DNA from: Caulobacteraceae bacterium
GTDB taxonomy: Bacteria; Pseudomonadota; Alphaproteobacteria; Caulobacterales; Caulobacteraceae
DNA length: 64,000 nt
NCBI GenBank assembly: GCA_044376615.1
Contig: JBILKO010000001.1
Coordinates: 6,148 to 70,147, forward strand
Direction: 5' to 3'
Part shown: one piece after another, positions 21,813 to 30,232 of the stretch
How the letters are laid out: every line of letters begins with the position of its first letter
Numbering within the stretch: the stretch's first letter is position 1
Position numbers and translations under genes: made by a program
The notes under the pieces: model-generated
Databases searched by the model: none
Told to the model about the DNA's origin: nothing
The model's input: only the letters and a program-made list of their open reading frames with translations

Positions 21813-22772
21813 TCCTGGCTGGATCATCGAGCCAATATAGGTCAGGCCTGGTTCCCGATCTTTCGCCAGCAAGAGCGGCCCATCGAGATCAACGATCGCG
21901 GCGCCCTGGGCAATGAGTAGGGCCGGGGCCATGGAAAGTGAGGTCGCGACCATACAGCCTGCCATGATCTCCAGCCCCAGGGCCATGGCCTCGCGCCGCA
22001 GCGCCAGGGCCTCGGTCAAGCCACCAGCCTTATCAAGCTTGATATTGATCGCGCCATAGCGGGTCGCGCAGGTCGCAAGCTCCTTGCGGCTATGCAGGCT
22101 TTCATCGGCACACAGCATCACCGGGCAGATATAGCCTTCGAGCGCCTCGTCTTGATCGGCGGGAAGGGGCTGCTCAATCAGCTGGACCTTGAGCCGTGCA
22201 AATTCGGGCGCAAGTCGGACCAGGTCATCAAAGCTCAAGGCCTCATTGGCATCGACCACTAGGCGCGTCTTGGGCGCGGCCTGCCGCACCGCCTCGACCC
22301 GATCGAGATCGTCGGGGCCGCCGATCTTGAGCTTGAGCATGGGGCGCTTGGCGGCGGCCTTGGCGGCTTCTGCCATAGTTTCAGGCGCCCCAAGGCTGAT
22401 TGTATAGGCCGTCTTGACTGGATCGAGCCTGGCAAATCCCGCCCTCTGATAGGCGCGCATCCCTGACTGCTTAGCCTGCAGGTCCCATAGGGCGCAGTCG
22501 ATCGCATTTCGCGCGGCACCGGGCGGCATGAGGTCCAGTAGCCCTTCGCAATCCATCCCGCCGACGATGGCCGAACGGGCCTGATCTATCTGGGCTAGGA
22601 CACCGTCAATGGTCTCGCCATAGCGACCATAGGGCACGGCCTCGCCCCAGCCCTTGAATGGGCCTTCGCTGATCTCGACGACAATGACCTTGGCCTTGGT
22701 CTTGGCGCCGCGGGCAATGACGAATTGACCAGCAATCGGCCAGGCCTCTGAGCGAACAGATATCTGTCGCAC
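21792..22772 (-). CDS. Dipeptide epimerase (L-Ala-D/L-Glu epimerase type, enolase superfamily)
   Basis: MR/MLE-type motifs 'LKLKIG', 'VVDANEAL', 'IEQPL', 'CADES' and 'DLDGPLL'. It has a GTG start whose G is shared with the TAG stop of the upstream gene. Confidence 0.85.
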   Translation of the reverse strand: MRQISVRSEAWPIAGQFVIARGAKTKAKVIVVEISEGPFKGWGEAVPYGRYGETIDGVLAQIDQARSAIVGGMDCEGLLDLMPPGAARNAIDCALWDLQAKQSGMRAYQRAGFARLDPVKTAYTISLGAPETMAEAAKAAAKRPMLKLKIGGPDDLDRVEAVRQAAPKTRLVVDANEALSFDDLVRLAPEFARLKVQLIEQPLPADQDEALEGYICPVMLCADESLHSRKELATCATRYGAINIKLDKAGGLTEALALRREAMALGLEIMAGCMVATSLSMAPALLIAQGAAIVDLDGPLLLAKDREPGLTYIGSMIQPGSEALWG

Positions 22773-25162
22773 TAGATAAGTTCGCTTAGGGCCGCTTCCA
22801 TCAGCAAGAAGACCCGGCCTTGTTCATTGGCCAATAAGGTCGCGGTCAGAAACCCGTCACGGTCGCGGGCTGCGGCGCTGGCGAGTACAGCCGATTGACG
22901 GGAGACAAAGCGCCTGACCTTGGCTGACAGGGCTGGGTTGCTGGCCAGACGCCGAGCCAGTTGCTGCACAATTGAGCCCGCGGCCTGCTTGACGCGGTTG
23001 CGGGCATCGCGCAGGTCGTTTTTATTGATCAGGGCTGCGATCTCATCGATCTGCGGGCGTGGAAGCATGTTTGGCGTGTCGATCTGCAACAGCCGAATTT
23101 CTTGGACCATCTGATCGGCCAATTGCTCATCGTCCACGGGCTTGTCGTCAATCGCCGTTAGAAGGTCCTTCCAAGATACGGGGTCTTCCTTGGCCGCGAT
23201 TGGCCGCGCACGGTCAAAGACACTACTGACCTGGGTGTCACTCTCTGTCGGGGTCAGTCGTAGGCGGGGCCGCTCGGCCTCTGTAGGCCCGGGCGGTTGA
23301 ACCGGTGGCCGCGGCGGCGACGGACGCTGTAGCGCGGGCCGCGGCGCGGTCGAGGTCTGGGTAACGGCATCCTTGGCTGCCACTTGTGCCGCTAGGGTAG
23401 CCTTGGTGACGCTCGCGACCTGTTCGAGTTGGCGAACTGCCTCTCCGAGCGCCTGATAGTTTTTACGCACGCGTTCCTGGAAGCGGGCATCAATCGCCAG
23501 AGTTTCTTCGGCGACCTTTTTGGCCGCCTCTGCCATATGCGCAATGCCGCTGGCTATGCCCTCTGCCAGGCGTTCCGACGCCAGTTGGGCTTGGCGGTTT
23601 GCCTCATTTGGCAGCGTGCCGATCCGGTGCTCAAAATCGGCCAAGAGATCAGCAAATTGGTTCACAGCATCGCGGGTCGAGCCGAGATTGCGCGACAATT
23701 GTTCGGCCGACCGCGCACCCGCCTCTTCGGCAAGGCGGACGGATTGCTCGATCAGGGTTCGGGCATCATCAAGCCGGGCAGCAAACATGGCCTCGGCCTG
23801 TTGGCCCGCGCCAAACGCCGCCTCAGACATCTGGGACAGCTGATTGTTGGCCGTGTTTATATGGGCTTCAGCACTCGCCTGGGCCTGCTGGGCCGCCTGA
23901 TTCATGGTATCAATAAGGTCTTGGGTTTGTTCCAAGAGTAGGTCGCGATGACGGGACGAGGCATCGGCGATCGCGCTCAAGGACTCAATGGCTGCGCTGG
24001 CTAGGGCGGCACGGTGGTTACGAGCCGCCTCGTTCAGCTCCTCGGCACGCTCCTTGCTGATCTGGGACAGACGTTCCATCTGCTGGGTCGCATCATGGGT
24101 GGTTTGGTTGACCGCGTCTGCGGCATCCCGGCTTTGCGCAATCATGTCGGCCAACTGGGCGCGGCGGGCGACGAGCGCTGAGTCAAGTTGGTCCTGCTCG
24201 TTGCGTAGTCCAAGTGCGGTCTCGTTCAGCACATCGACCTGGCGGGCTAGGGCGTCTTGAACCCCGTGGACCTGATCATTGAATTGCAAACCGGCCGTGT
24301 TTAAGCGCTCGATTTCTGCACCAATGCCGTCACTGGCCAGACTCGCTGTAGCCGCCGCATCATTAGCCGCCGCCGAGAGGTCAATGGTTCGCGCTGCGAG
24401 GACATTCTCAGCTTCACGGATTTGCGCGTCTGCGACTTCAGACGCATCCACTATCAAGCGAGCGTTTCGTGTGACTGCGTCATTGATGCGGGCCACCTGA
24501 TCATCAAGTGTTTTTGACATGGCCCCAAGTGCATTGCGCTCTTGGCCAAGGGCTGTGCTCATCTCATAGGCCGACTTGGTGGAATCGGCCGCGGCTTCGG
24601 TCAGTCTTTGGGTTTCAACCGCCAAGACTTTTCCAAGCGCACCGATTTCGTCCCTCGCCAGATTGGCCGCCGTCGCCGCGGCAGTAATCTCGCTGCGGAT
24701 TTTTTCCAGCAAGAGGCTGGTATCGCCAATTGCGATCGCAGCAGGCGTGATCATGTGATCGGCCAAGGTTTGCGTGCGGCGGGCCTCGTCGCCAAACCAT
24801 TGTCCCTGGCCCAGGGCATAGGCGGCAAAGAAAACAAAGCCCAATGGGCCGAGCGCCAAAAGGGTGAATATGCCCAGTATAAAAGGGTCAAAATCGAACG
24901 GACCAATGCGCGACTGGAAGCCTAGGACAAACGCGATCAAGCTGCCGATCCATAAGATGCTTGCCAAAAATGCGATCGGATAGGTCCAGCGGTGCTTAGG
25001 CTTCGCACGCTTCTGCTTTTTCGCGCCAAGCCACGGACCGGCATCTGGGGGACTAGTCAGACCTGATGCCGAACTGACGGCTGAAACGGGCTGATCCGCG
25101 TTTGTATCATTGACCAATGGATCGGAGTCTAGATTCAAGGGGGGAGACTTGGTAACCTTCAT
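22772..25162 (-). CDS. Two-TM, long coiled-coil membrane protein with TipN-like architecture
   Basis: The protein has a disordered N-terminus, two TM helices ('IAFLASILWIGSLIAFVLGF', 'ILGIFTLLALGPLGFVFFAAYAL') and several hundred residues of Ala/Gln/Glu-rich coiled coil. These are followed by a Pro-rich linker 'PPRPPVQPPGP' and a globular C-terminal domain. The track ORF begins at TTG 25186. The ATG at 25162 is preferred because it has a GAGGA upstream. Confidence 0.7.
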   Translation of the reverse strand: MKVTKSPPLNLDSDPLVNDTNADQPVSAVSSASGLTSPPDAGPWLGAKKQKRAKPKHRWTYPIAFLASILWIGSLIAFVLGFQSRIGPFDFDPFILGIFTLLALGPLGFVFFAAYALGQGQWFGDEARRTQTLADHMITPAAIAIGDTSLLLEKIRSEITAAATAANLARDEIGALGKVLAVETQRLTEAAADSTKSAYEMSTALGQERNALGAMSKTLDDQVARINDAVTRNARLIVDASEVADAQIREAENVLAARTIDLSAAANDAAATASLASDGIGAEIERLNTAGLQFNDQVHGVQDALARQVDVLNETALGLRNEQDQLDSALVARRAQLADMIAQSRDAADAVNQTTHDATQQMERLSQISKERAEELNEAARNHRAALASAAIESLSAIADASSRHRDLLLEQTQDLIDTMNQAAQQAQASAEAHINTANNQLSQMSEAAFGAGQQAEAMFAARLDDARTLIEQSVRLAEEAGARSAEQLSRNLGSTRDAVNQFADLLADFEHRIGTLPNEANRQAQLASERLAEGIASGIAHMAEAAKKVAEETLAIDARFQERVRKNYQALGEAVRQLEQVASVTKATLAAQVAAKDAVTQTSTAPRPALQRPSPPRPPVQPPGPTEAERPRLRLTPTESDTQVSSVFDRARPIAAKEDPVSWKDLLTAIDDKPVDDEQLADQMVQEIRLLQIDTPNMLPRPQIDEIAALINKNDLRDARNRVKQAAGSIVQQLARRLASNPALSAKVRRFVSRQSAVLASAAARDRDGFLTATLLANEQGRVFLLMEAALSELI

Positions 25163-25343
25163 TATCCGCCCAATCCTCGGTGGCAAACCGATTCGTGCTC
25201 ATCTCGCGCCCCACAGCGCAAGGCATTTGAAAACTAACGGCGAATGCCGTCGACGCAAACAAACTTTTTCTAGAATAGTTTGGCTGGCTTTAGAGCATTT
25301 ACTCAATTAAGGCAAACTAGCGCTCAGTTTCATTCAGACATGC

Positions 25344-26018
25344 CTAGTAGGCCTCACGCGTAGCCGATTGGCCTTTTGGAGGCTGTATTTCTAAACGGGA
25401 TTCTATGTATGACCAGAGACGCTGGGTTTCACTGGCGGCTGGTCCGTCCGTTTGAATTTCAGCAGCCGAAAGGCCATTTGTCGAGGAAGACTGATAGACC
25501 TGACGGCTACGTATAGCGACCGGCGCGATGTGAAGACCGAGGGCATACAACAGGCTGACATTTTCAACCATCATGGTCATTTCACGGCCGGACCTTTGCG
25601 CTGGTGCCTGGTTTAGAACGAGGGCAGACGGCACCGGCTGGGAATGAAGAAGGGTCGTCAGATCCTTTAGGGCTCTGAAGTCGACGATAGTTGGGCGCGA
25701 AACGACTAGGGCAAGGTCGGATATACGGGCGGCGGCCAGGCTCAGATCAAGGGTTGATGCCGGTGTGTCAACAACCAGAATATCAAAGCCAGTCTTTTGG
25801 GCTTCAATTTGGGCATTAAACAGCGCGCCCGGCTTAATACTACGGGCTTCCGGCCCGTCAATCTCTCGAGCCTTGAACCAGTCAGAAGATGATTTTTGGG
25901 GATCAAGGTCTGCGAGCAAGACCTTATAGCCGCAATTATAGGCGGTCATCGCCATATGAACGCTAAGGGTAGTCTTACCAGTACCGCCTTTTTGAGAAAT
26001 GAACGACACGGTTTTCAT
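25344..26018 (-). CDS. Small ParA/MinD-family P-loop ATPase (type Ib ParA-like, orphan)
   Basis: 224 aa. Deviant Walker A 'SQKGGTGKTTLS', 'LLADLDPQ' and Walker B 'ILVVDTP'. There is no N-terminal HTH extension. Confidence 0.85.
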   Translation of the reverse strand: MKTVSFISQKGGTGKTTLSVHMAMTAYNCGYKVLLADLDPQKSSSDWFKAREIDGPEARSIKPGALFNAQIEAQKTGFDILVVDTPASTLDLSLAAARISDLALVVSRPTIVDFRALKDLTTLLHSQPVPSALVLNQAPAQRSGREMTMMVENVSLLYALGLHIAPVAIRSRQVYQSSSTNGLSAAEIQTDGPAASETQRLWSYIESRLEIQPPKGQSATREAY

Positions 26019-26022
26019 CCAA

Positions 26023-26068
26023 TAACAACTCGCATATCACCAAAGCAAAACGTGGCCTAACAACTCGC
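26023..26068. repeat. Two 11-bp direct repeats TAACAACTCGC (26023-26033 and 26058-26068) in the leader of the parA-like gene
   Basis: Exact repeat read directly from the sequence. Copy starts are 35 bp apart, and the first copy lies 5 bp from the start codon. Confidence 0.6.
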
Positions 26069-26130
26069 CTTATAATTCATAAAAGTACAGATGAATAGCT
26101 TAAGTAACATCGGTCAAGTTTATGATAGCG

Positions 26131-26150
26131 CCATAATATACTAATTATGG
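26131..26150. promoter_or_regulatory. Inverted repeat CCATAAT-N6-ATTATGG in the AT-rich modC/parA-like intergenic region
   Basis: Perfect 7-bp arms read directly from the sequence. Function is unknown (candidate operator). Confidence 0.4.
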
Positions 26151-26174
26151 GTACTATTAAACCCGTGCGGGTCG

Positions 26175-27242
26175 CTAACCGATGCTCGTACGGGAAACGG
26201 CCTTGATCAGCGCGGTCACTTGCATGCCTCGGGCAAGTGAAAGCCTTAGTGCGGCATCATGCGTAATCAGGGCCCTTAGAGCAAAACCTCGCCCCGACAA
26301 GGTAACCAGATCGGTTCCCGGCCCAAAAGGCACAACCTGATCGATCATAACCGCCAGGCGATTTTGGACGCTTGAATCGGTTGGATCGCTTAGGGCGATG
26401 GCGACATCTGACGCCTCAACAACGAAGCGCACTCTTTGGCCGTGCGACGCATCGGGTCTTGGGAGAGTAAAGAGCGCTTGTCGCTCTAAACCTAAGGCCA
26501 ATTGGGTCATTCCATTTTCATAGGCAATTACTACGCCAGTCAGGACTGAGATTGGGCATGTCAGGCCAGCGGCGGTCGCTGCTTCTGGGTAGTCAAATAC
26601 ACGTTCGAGCGGCTGGGTGGCCAAGGTCTTGCCACCTGACATCAAGACCACGTCATCGGATAATCTAACGATCTCGTCTAAGGCATGGCTGATATAGAGG
26701 ATTTGCGGCCCGCCGCTGATCTTGATCTGCTCAAGGCAGTCGAGAACGCTGGATCTCCGCGCGCCGTCCAGGCCACTTAGGGGTTCATCGAGGACCAAAA
26801 GGCTAGGTTGCCTGAGTAGGGCGCGGCCAATGGCAACGCGGCGTGCCTCGCCGCCGGAAAGGGTATGGGGCGAGCGGCCTAGTAAGGCCTCTAACCCCAA
26901 AAGGCCTATGGTCTGGCCAAGGTTGTTAGGTCGTGAACCCGCGCCATAGGTCAGGTTTTGTAAAACGCTCATGTGCGGGAATAGGCGCGCGTCCTGGAAT
27001 ACATAGCCGATTTGGCGCTGCCAGGCGGGGCGGTTTATCCCCTGGGCGGCATCGAACAGGGTTTGGCCACCGACGCGAATATAGCCTGCCTTTGGACGCA
27101 CCAGGCCAGCGATTGCTTGAGCTAGGCTTGTCTTGCCTGCGCCTGATCGGCCAAACAGGGCTGTTACACGGCCCGAAGTTTTGACCTGTGCGTCTAGGTC
27201 AAACCCGCCGAGTTTGGCCTGGATATCCACATCAAGGCTCAT
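26175..27242 (-). CDS. modC: Molybdate ABC transporter ATP-binding protein
   Basis: Walker A 'GRSGAGKTS', signature 'LSGGEARRV', Walker B 'LLVLDEP' and a C-terminal TOBE/Mop-like domain. ATGA overlap with modB. Confidence 0.88.
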   Translation of the reverse strand: MSLDVDIQAKLGGFDLDAQVKTSGRVTALFGRSGAGKTSLAQAIAGLVRPKAGYIRVGGQTLFDAAQGINRPAWQRQIGYVFQDARLFPHMSVLQNLTYGAGSRPNNLGQTIGLLGLEALLGRSPHTLSGGEARRVAIGRALLRQPSLLVLDEPLSGLDGARRSSVLDCLEQIKISGGPQILYISHALDEIVRLSDDVVLMSGGKTLATQPLERVFDYPEAATAAGLTCPISVLTGVVIAYENGMTQLALGLERQALFTLPRPDASHGQRVRFVVEASDVAIALSDPTDSSVQNRLAVMIDQVVPFGPGTDLVTLSGRGFALRALITHDAALRLSLARGMQVTALIKAVSRTSIG

Positions 27243-27955
27243 GCCGGAGCTCGCGCTTGCCGTTGGCGCACCAGGCGTCGCGAGGCCGCTTCAGCCAGGA
27301 TAAGGGCCAGGATCGATATGCCAGCCGAAAGGGCCGCTAGACGCATGGCCATGCCGTCGCCGCCAGGGGTCTGGATGGCGTTATAAATTGCTGAGGACAG
27401 GGTGCGGGTCTCGCCCGGAATACTGGCGACAAAGGTTACCGTTGCCCCAAACTCGCCCATGGCCTTGGCAAAGCCTAGCAATGCACCGGCAATCAGGCCT
27501 GGCGCGGCGAGTGGCAGCGTGATGGTGAGGAAGACTCGAAGTGGCGGTGCGCCGAGGTTGGCGGCGGCCTGTTCCAGGCCTGGATCAATGGCTTCAAAGC
27601 CTAGCTGGATCGCGCGAACCATCAGCGGAAACGCCATAATGCCGGCGGCCAGGGCTGCCCCGGTCCAGTCAAAGGCAAAGACAATCCCGACCTTGGCCAG
27701 GGCGCCGCCAATCGGGCCCATGCGGCCAAATAGGCTCAGCAGCACATAGCCGGTCACAACGGGCGGCAAGATCAGTGGCAGATAGACCAGGCCATTGACC
27801 ACCGCCGTGACCCAACCGCCCAGCCAGGCCCGCCCCCGTGCTAAAACCAGCGCCGTCGCGGTCGCCAGCGGTATGGCAATAAGGGTCGCTATTCCAGACA
27901 CCTTCAGCGATAGGCGCAGCGCATCAAGCTCATCGGGCGTAAAGTTTGGGATCAT
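27239..27955 (-). CDS. modB: Molybdate ABC transporter permease
   Basis: 238 aa. 'EAIDPGLEQAAANLGA' EAA loop and 'FAKAMGEFGATVTF' typical of ModB/CysTW permeases. Confidence 0.88.
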   Translation of the reverse strand: MIPNFTPDELDALRLSLKVSGIATLIAIPLATATALVLARGRAWLGGWVTAVVNGLVYLPLILPPVVTGYVLLSLFGRMGPIGGALAKVGIVFAFDWTGAALAAGIMAFPLMVRAIQLGFEAIDPGLEQAAANLGAPPLRVFLTITLPLAAPGLIAGALLGFAKAMGEFGATVTFVASIPGETRTLSSAIYNAIQTPGGDGMAMRLAALSAGISILALILAEAASRRLVRQRQARAPA

Positions 27956-28057
27956 TGGGCCATGGTCTTAGCAGGCAAGTGGCTGTCGTCTAGACCATGT
28001 TCACAACAGCATGGCGATACCCCGCGCCTTGCAAGCGCCAGACGCGGGGTGATTAGC

Positions 28058-30175
28058 CTATTTCTTGGCTGTCACGGCTGCGGCATCTTCTGCCTTGGCC
28101 TTGACCGCTTCGCTCAGGACATAGGCCCGGATGGACTCCGACTGGGCAGGTGTGAGGAACTGCTTGAAGCTGATCATGCCCATGGGCTGACGTGCCCCAT
28201 CGATCACGACCGACTTCCAATTGTCTTCAGTCAGCAGCATCTGCGAGGTCTTCAGGTCTGGCAGATAGGTACCCGTCGCATTTGGTCCATGACAGACGGC
28301 GCAGTTTTGATGATAGAGGGCAAAGCCGTCCTTGACCGAGCCCTTGGAGCTGACGCCGGTCAGGTCAATGGCCATCTTCTCAGGCTTGGGGAAGGCCGCG
28401 ACCTTGTCGGTACCGCCAATCTTAAAGACCAGCAGACGGCCGGGCAGACGCGGACGATCCGGCAGTGCGAAATTGGCCGCCAGAGGCGCCGCGCCGCCAT
28501 AACCAACCATGATGGCGATGTATTGCTCGCCATCGATCGAATAGGTCGAGGGGGCGGCAATAATGCCATTACCTGCCTGATAGCTCCAAACCTTGGTGCC
28601 AGTCTTGGCGTTATAGGCGGCAAATTCGCCTTCAGCCGAGCCTTGGAAGACCAGATCTCCCGCTGTGGCCAGGACGCCGGCATTCCAGAAATAGGGGTGC
28701 TCGACGGTCCAGCGGGCCTTTTTGGCGACCGGATCCCAGGCAATCAGATGGCCCTTCATCATGGCCTTGATCGCGGCCTTGGCGGCCTTGCCATCGGGCA
28801 GGGCGGTGGCCAGCGTATCAATGCCGACATTCCAAGCGCCCTGCTTATGGATGTATTTGGTGTCATTGACATAGCCAAAGGGCACCGACATGGCCGGGAT
28901 ATAGACCAGGCCCTCTTTCGGGCTATAGGCCATGGGATGCCAGTTGTGACCGCCATAGGGGGCTGGGACGGCCAGGGCCGGATTGGTTTCGTAGCGGGCA
29001 CCGGGCGTCTCGATCGGACGGCCGGTCTTCATATCCACCCCAGAGGCCCAGGTGATGGGGATGTAGTTGTTGGCGGACAAGAGCTCGCCCGTGGCCCGGT
29101 CGAGCACATAGAAGAAGCCGTTCTTGGGGGCCTGCATGACCACCTTGCGCGCCTTGCCACCTATGTTTAGCTCGGCAAGCATAATGTGTTGGGTCGCGGT
29201 ATAGTCCCAGCTGTCGCCTGGGGTGGTCTGATAGTGCCAGACATAGTCGCCCGTATCGGGCTTGAGCGCGACAATGGAGGACAAGAACAGATTATCGCCC
29301 TTGCCGTCTGAACGCTTCAAATGGTTCCATGGCGAGCCATTGCCGGTGCCGACATAGAGGATGTCGAGATCGGGATCATATGCCATGGCATCCCAGGCCG
29401 TGCCGCCGCCGCCGGTCTTTTTCCAGCCATCGCCAAACCAGGTCTTATTGGCCTTTTCCGCCATGACCTTGTCCGAGGCCGCGCGATCGGGCTTACCCTC
29501 TGGGTTTGGGGTCGTATAGAACCGCCAAGCCAGCTTGCCGGTATTGGCGTCATAGGCCGATAAATAGCCGCGAACACCATATTCCGCGCCGCCATTGCCG
29601 ATTAAGACCTTGCCCTTGATCACGCGCGGTGCGCCGGTAATCGTATAGGGCTGGGCCTGGTCAACCGTAACGACTGACCACTTGACCTTGCCGGTCGCAG
29701 CGTCGAGCGCAATCAGGCGGCCATCCAGCGCACCGACAAAGACATTGCCGTTCCAGACCGCAACGCCGCGATTGACCACGTCGCAACAGGCGCTGAAGCC
29801 GCGCTTGCCATCGACCTTGGGGTCATAGGACCATTTTAGCGCCCCGGTCCTGGCGTCAAAGGCAAACACCTTGGACCAGCTGGTCGTGGTATAGACCGTG
29901 CCATCGACCATCAGTGGCGTGGCTTCCTGACCACGGTCTGTATCAAATTCATAGTGCCAGGCGACGCCCAGCTTGCCGATCGTATCGGTGTTGACTTGGG
30001 TCAGTGGGCTATAGCGCTGCTCTGAATAGGTGCGGCCATAGCTCATCCAATTGCTGGAATCGCTATCGGCGGCGATCAAGCGCGCGGCATCGACCTTACC
30101 GGCCTTGGGGCCGGGATGGCATGCGGTCAGCAGCCAGGCTGCCGCAAGGGTTCCGAGAATGGCTCTAATCTTCAT
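28058..30175 (-). CDS. PQQ-dependent quinohaemoprotein alcohol dehydrogenase
   Basis: 705 aa. Eight-bladed PQQ propeller with W-docking motifs, adjacent Cys pair 'SACCD', and a C-terminal cytochrome c domain with 'CAVCHG'. N-terminal signal 'LLTAC'. Confidence 0.9.
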   Translation of the reverse strand: MKIRAILGTLAAAWLLTACHPGPKAGKVDAARLIAADSDSSNWMSYGRTYSEQRYSPLTQVNTDTIGKLGVAWHYEFDTDRGQEATPLMVDGTVYTTTSWSKVFAFDARTGALKWSYDPKVDGKRGFSACCDVVNRGVAVWNGNVFVGALDGRLIALDAATGKVKWSVVTVDQAQPYTITGAPRVIKGKVLIGNGGAEYGVRGYLSAYDANTGKLAWRFYTTPNPEGKPDRAASDKVMAEKANKTWFGDGWKKTGGGGTAWDAMAYDPDLDILYVGTGNGSPWNHLKRSDGKGDNLFLSSIVALKPDTGDYVWHYQTTPGDSWDYTATQHIMLAELNIGGKARKVVMQAPKNGFFYVLDRATGELLSANNYIPITWASGVDMKTGRPIETPGARYETNPALAVPAPYGGHNWHPMAYSPKEGLVYIPAMSVPFGYVNDTKYIHKQGAWNVGIDTLATALPDGKAAKAAIKAMMKGHLIAWDPVAKKARWTVEHPYFWNAGVLATAGDLVFQGSAEGEFAAYNAKTGTKVWSYQAGNGIIAAPSTYSIDGEQYIAIMVGYGGAAPLAANFALPDRPRLPGRLLVFKIGGTDKVAAFPKPEKMAIDLTGVSSKGSVKDGFALYHQNCAVCHGPNATGTYLPDLKTSQMLLTEDNWKSVVIDGARQPMGMISFKQFLTPAQSESIRAYVLSEAVKAKAEDAAAVTAKK

Positions 30176-30232
30176 GGTTTCCTGCCCTAAGATTTTTGTT
30201 TTTTGTCTAGGTTGACAGCGATCATGTTGTAA

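Noticed and set aside
23429-24925. Cluster of plus-strand ORFs (170, 107, 105, 90, 73 and 127 aa)
   Set aside because: All lie antisense to the long Ala/Gln-rich coiled-coil gene. Low-complexity repeats generate open frames on the opposite strand.
27956-28057. Possible Moco riboswitch or ModE operator upstream of modB
   Set aside because: The spacer is too short for a Moco RNA and lacks TATAT-type ModE half-sites. It contains only a GC hairpin, CCCCGCG...CGCGGGG, which is more likely to be the ADH terminator.
27962-29170. 402-aa ORF on the plus strand
   Set aside because: It lies entirely antisense to the well-supported PQQ alcohol dehydrogenase gene. Its composition is Gly/Arg/Leu-rich and low-complexity, typical of shadow ORFs in GC-rich DNA, and it has no recognisable motifs.
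30176-30232. Possible cobalamin or other riboswitch upstream of the TonB-dependent receptor
   Set aside because: The spacer is only 57 bp and no B12-box-like or other conserved riboswitch core could be seen.
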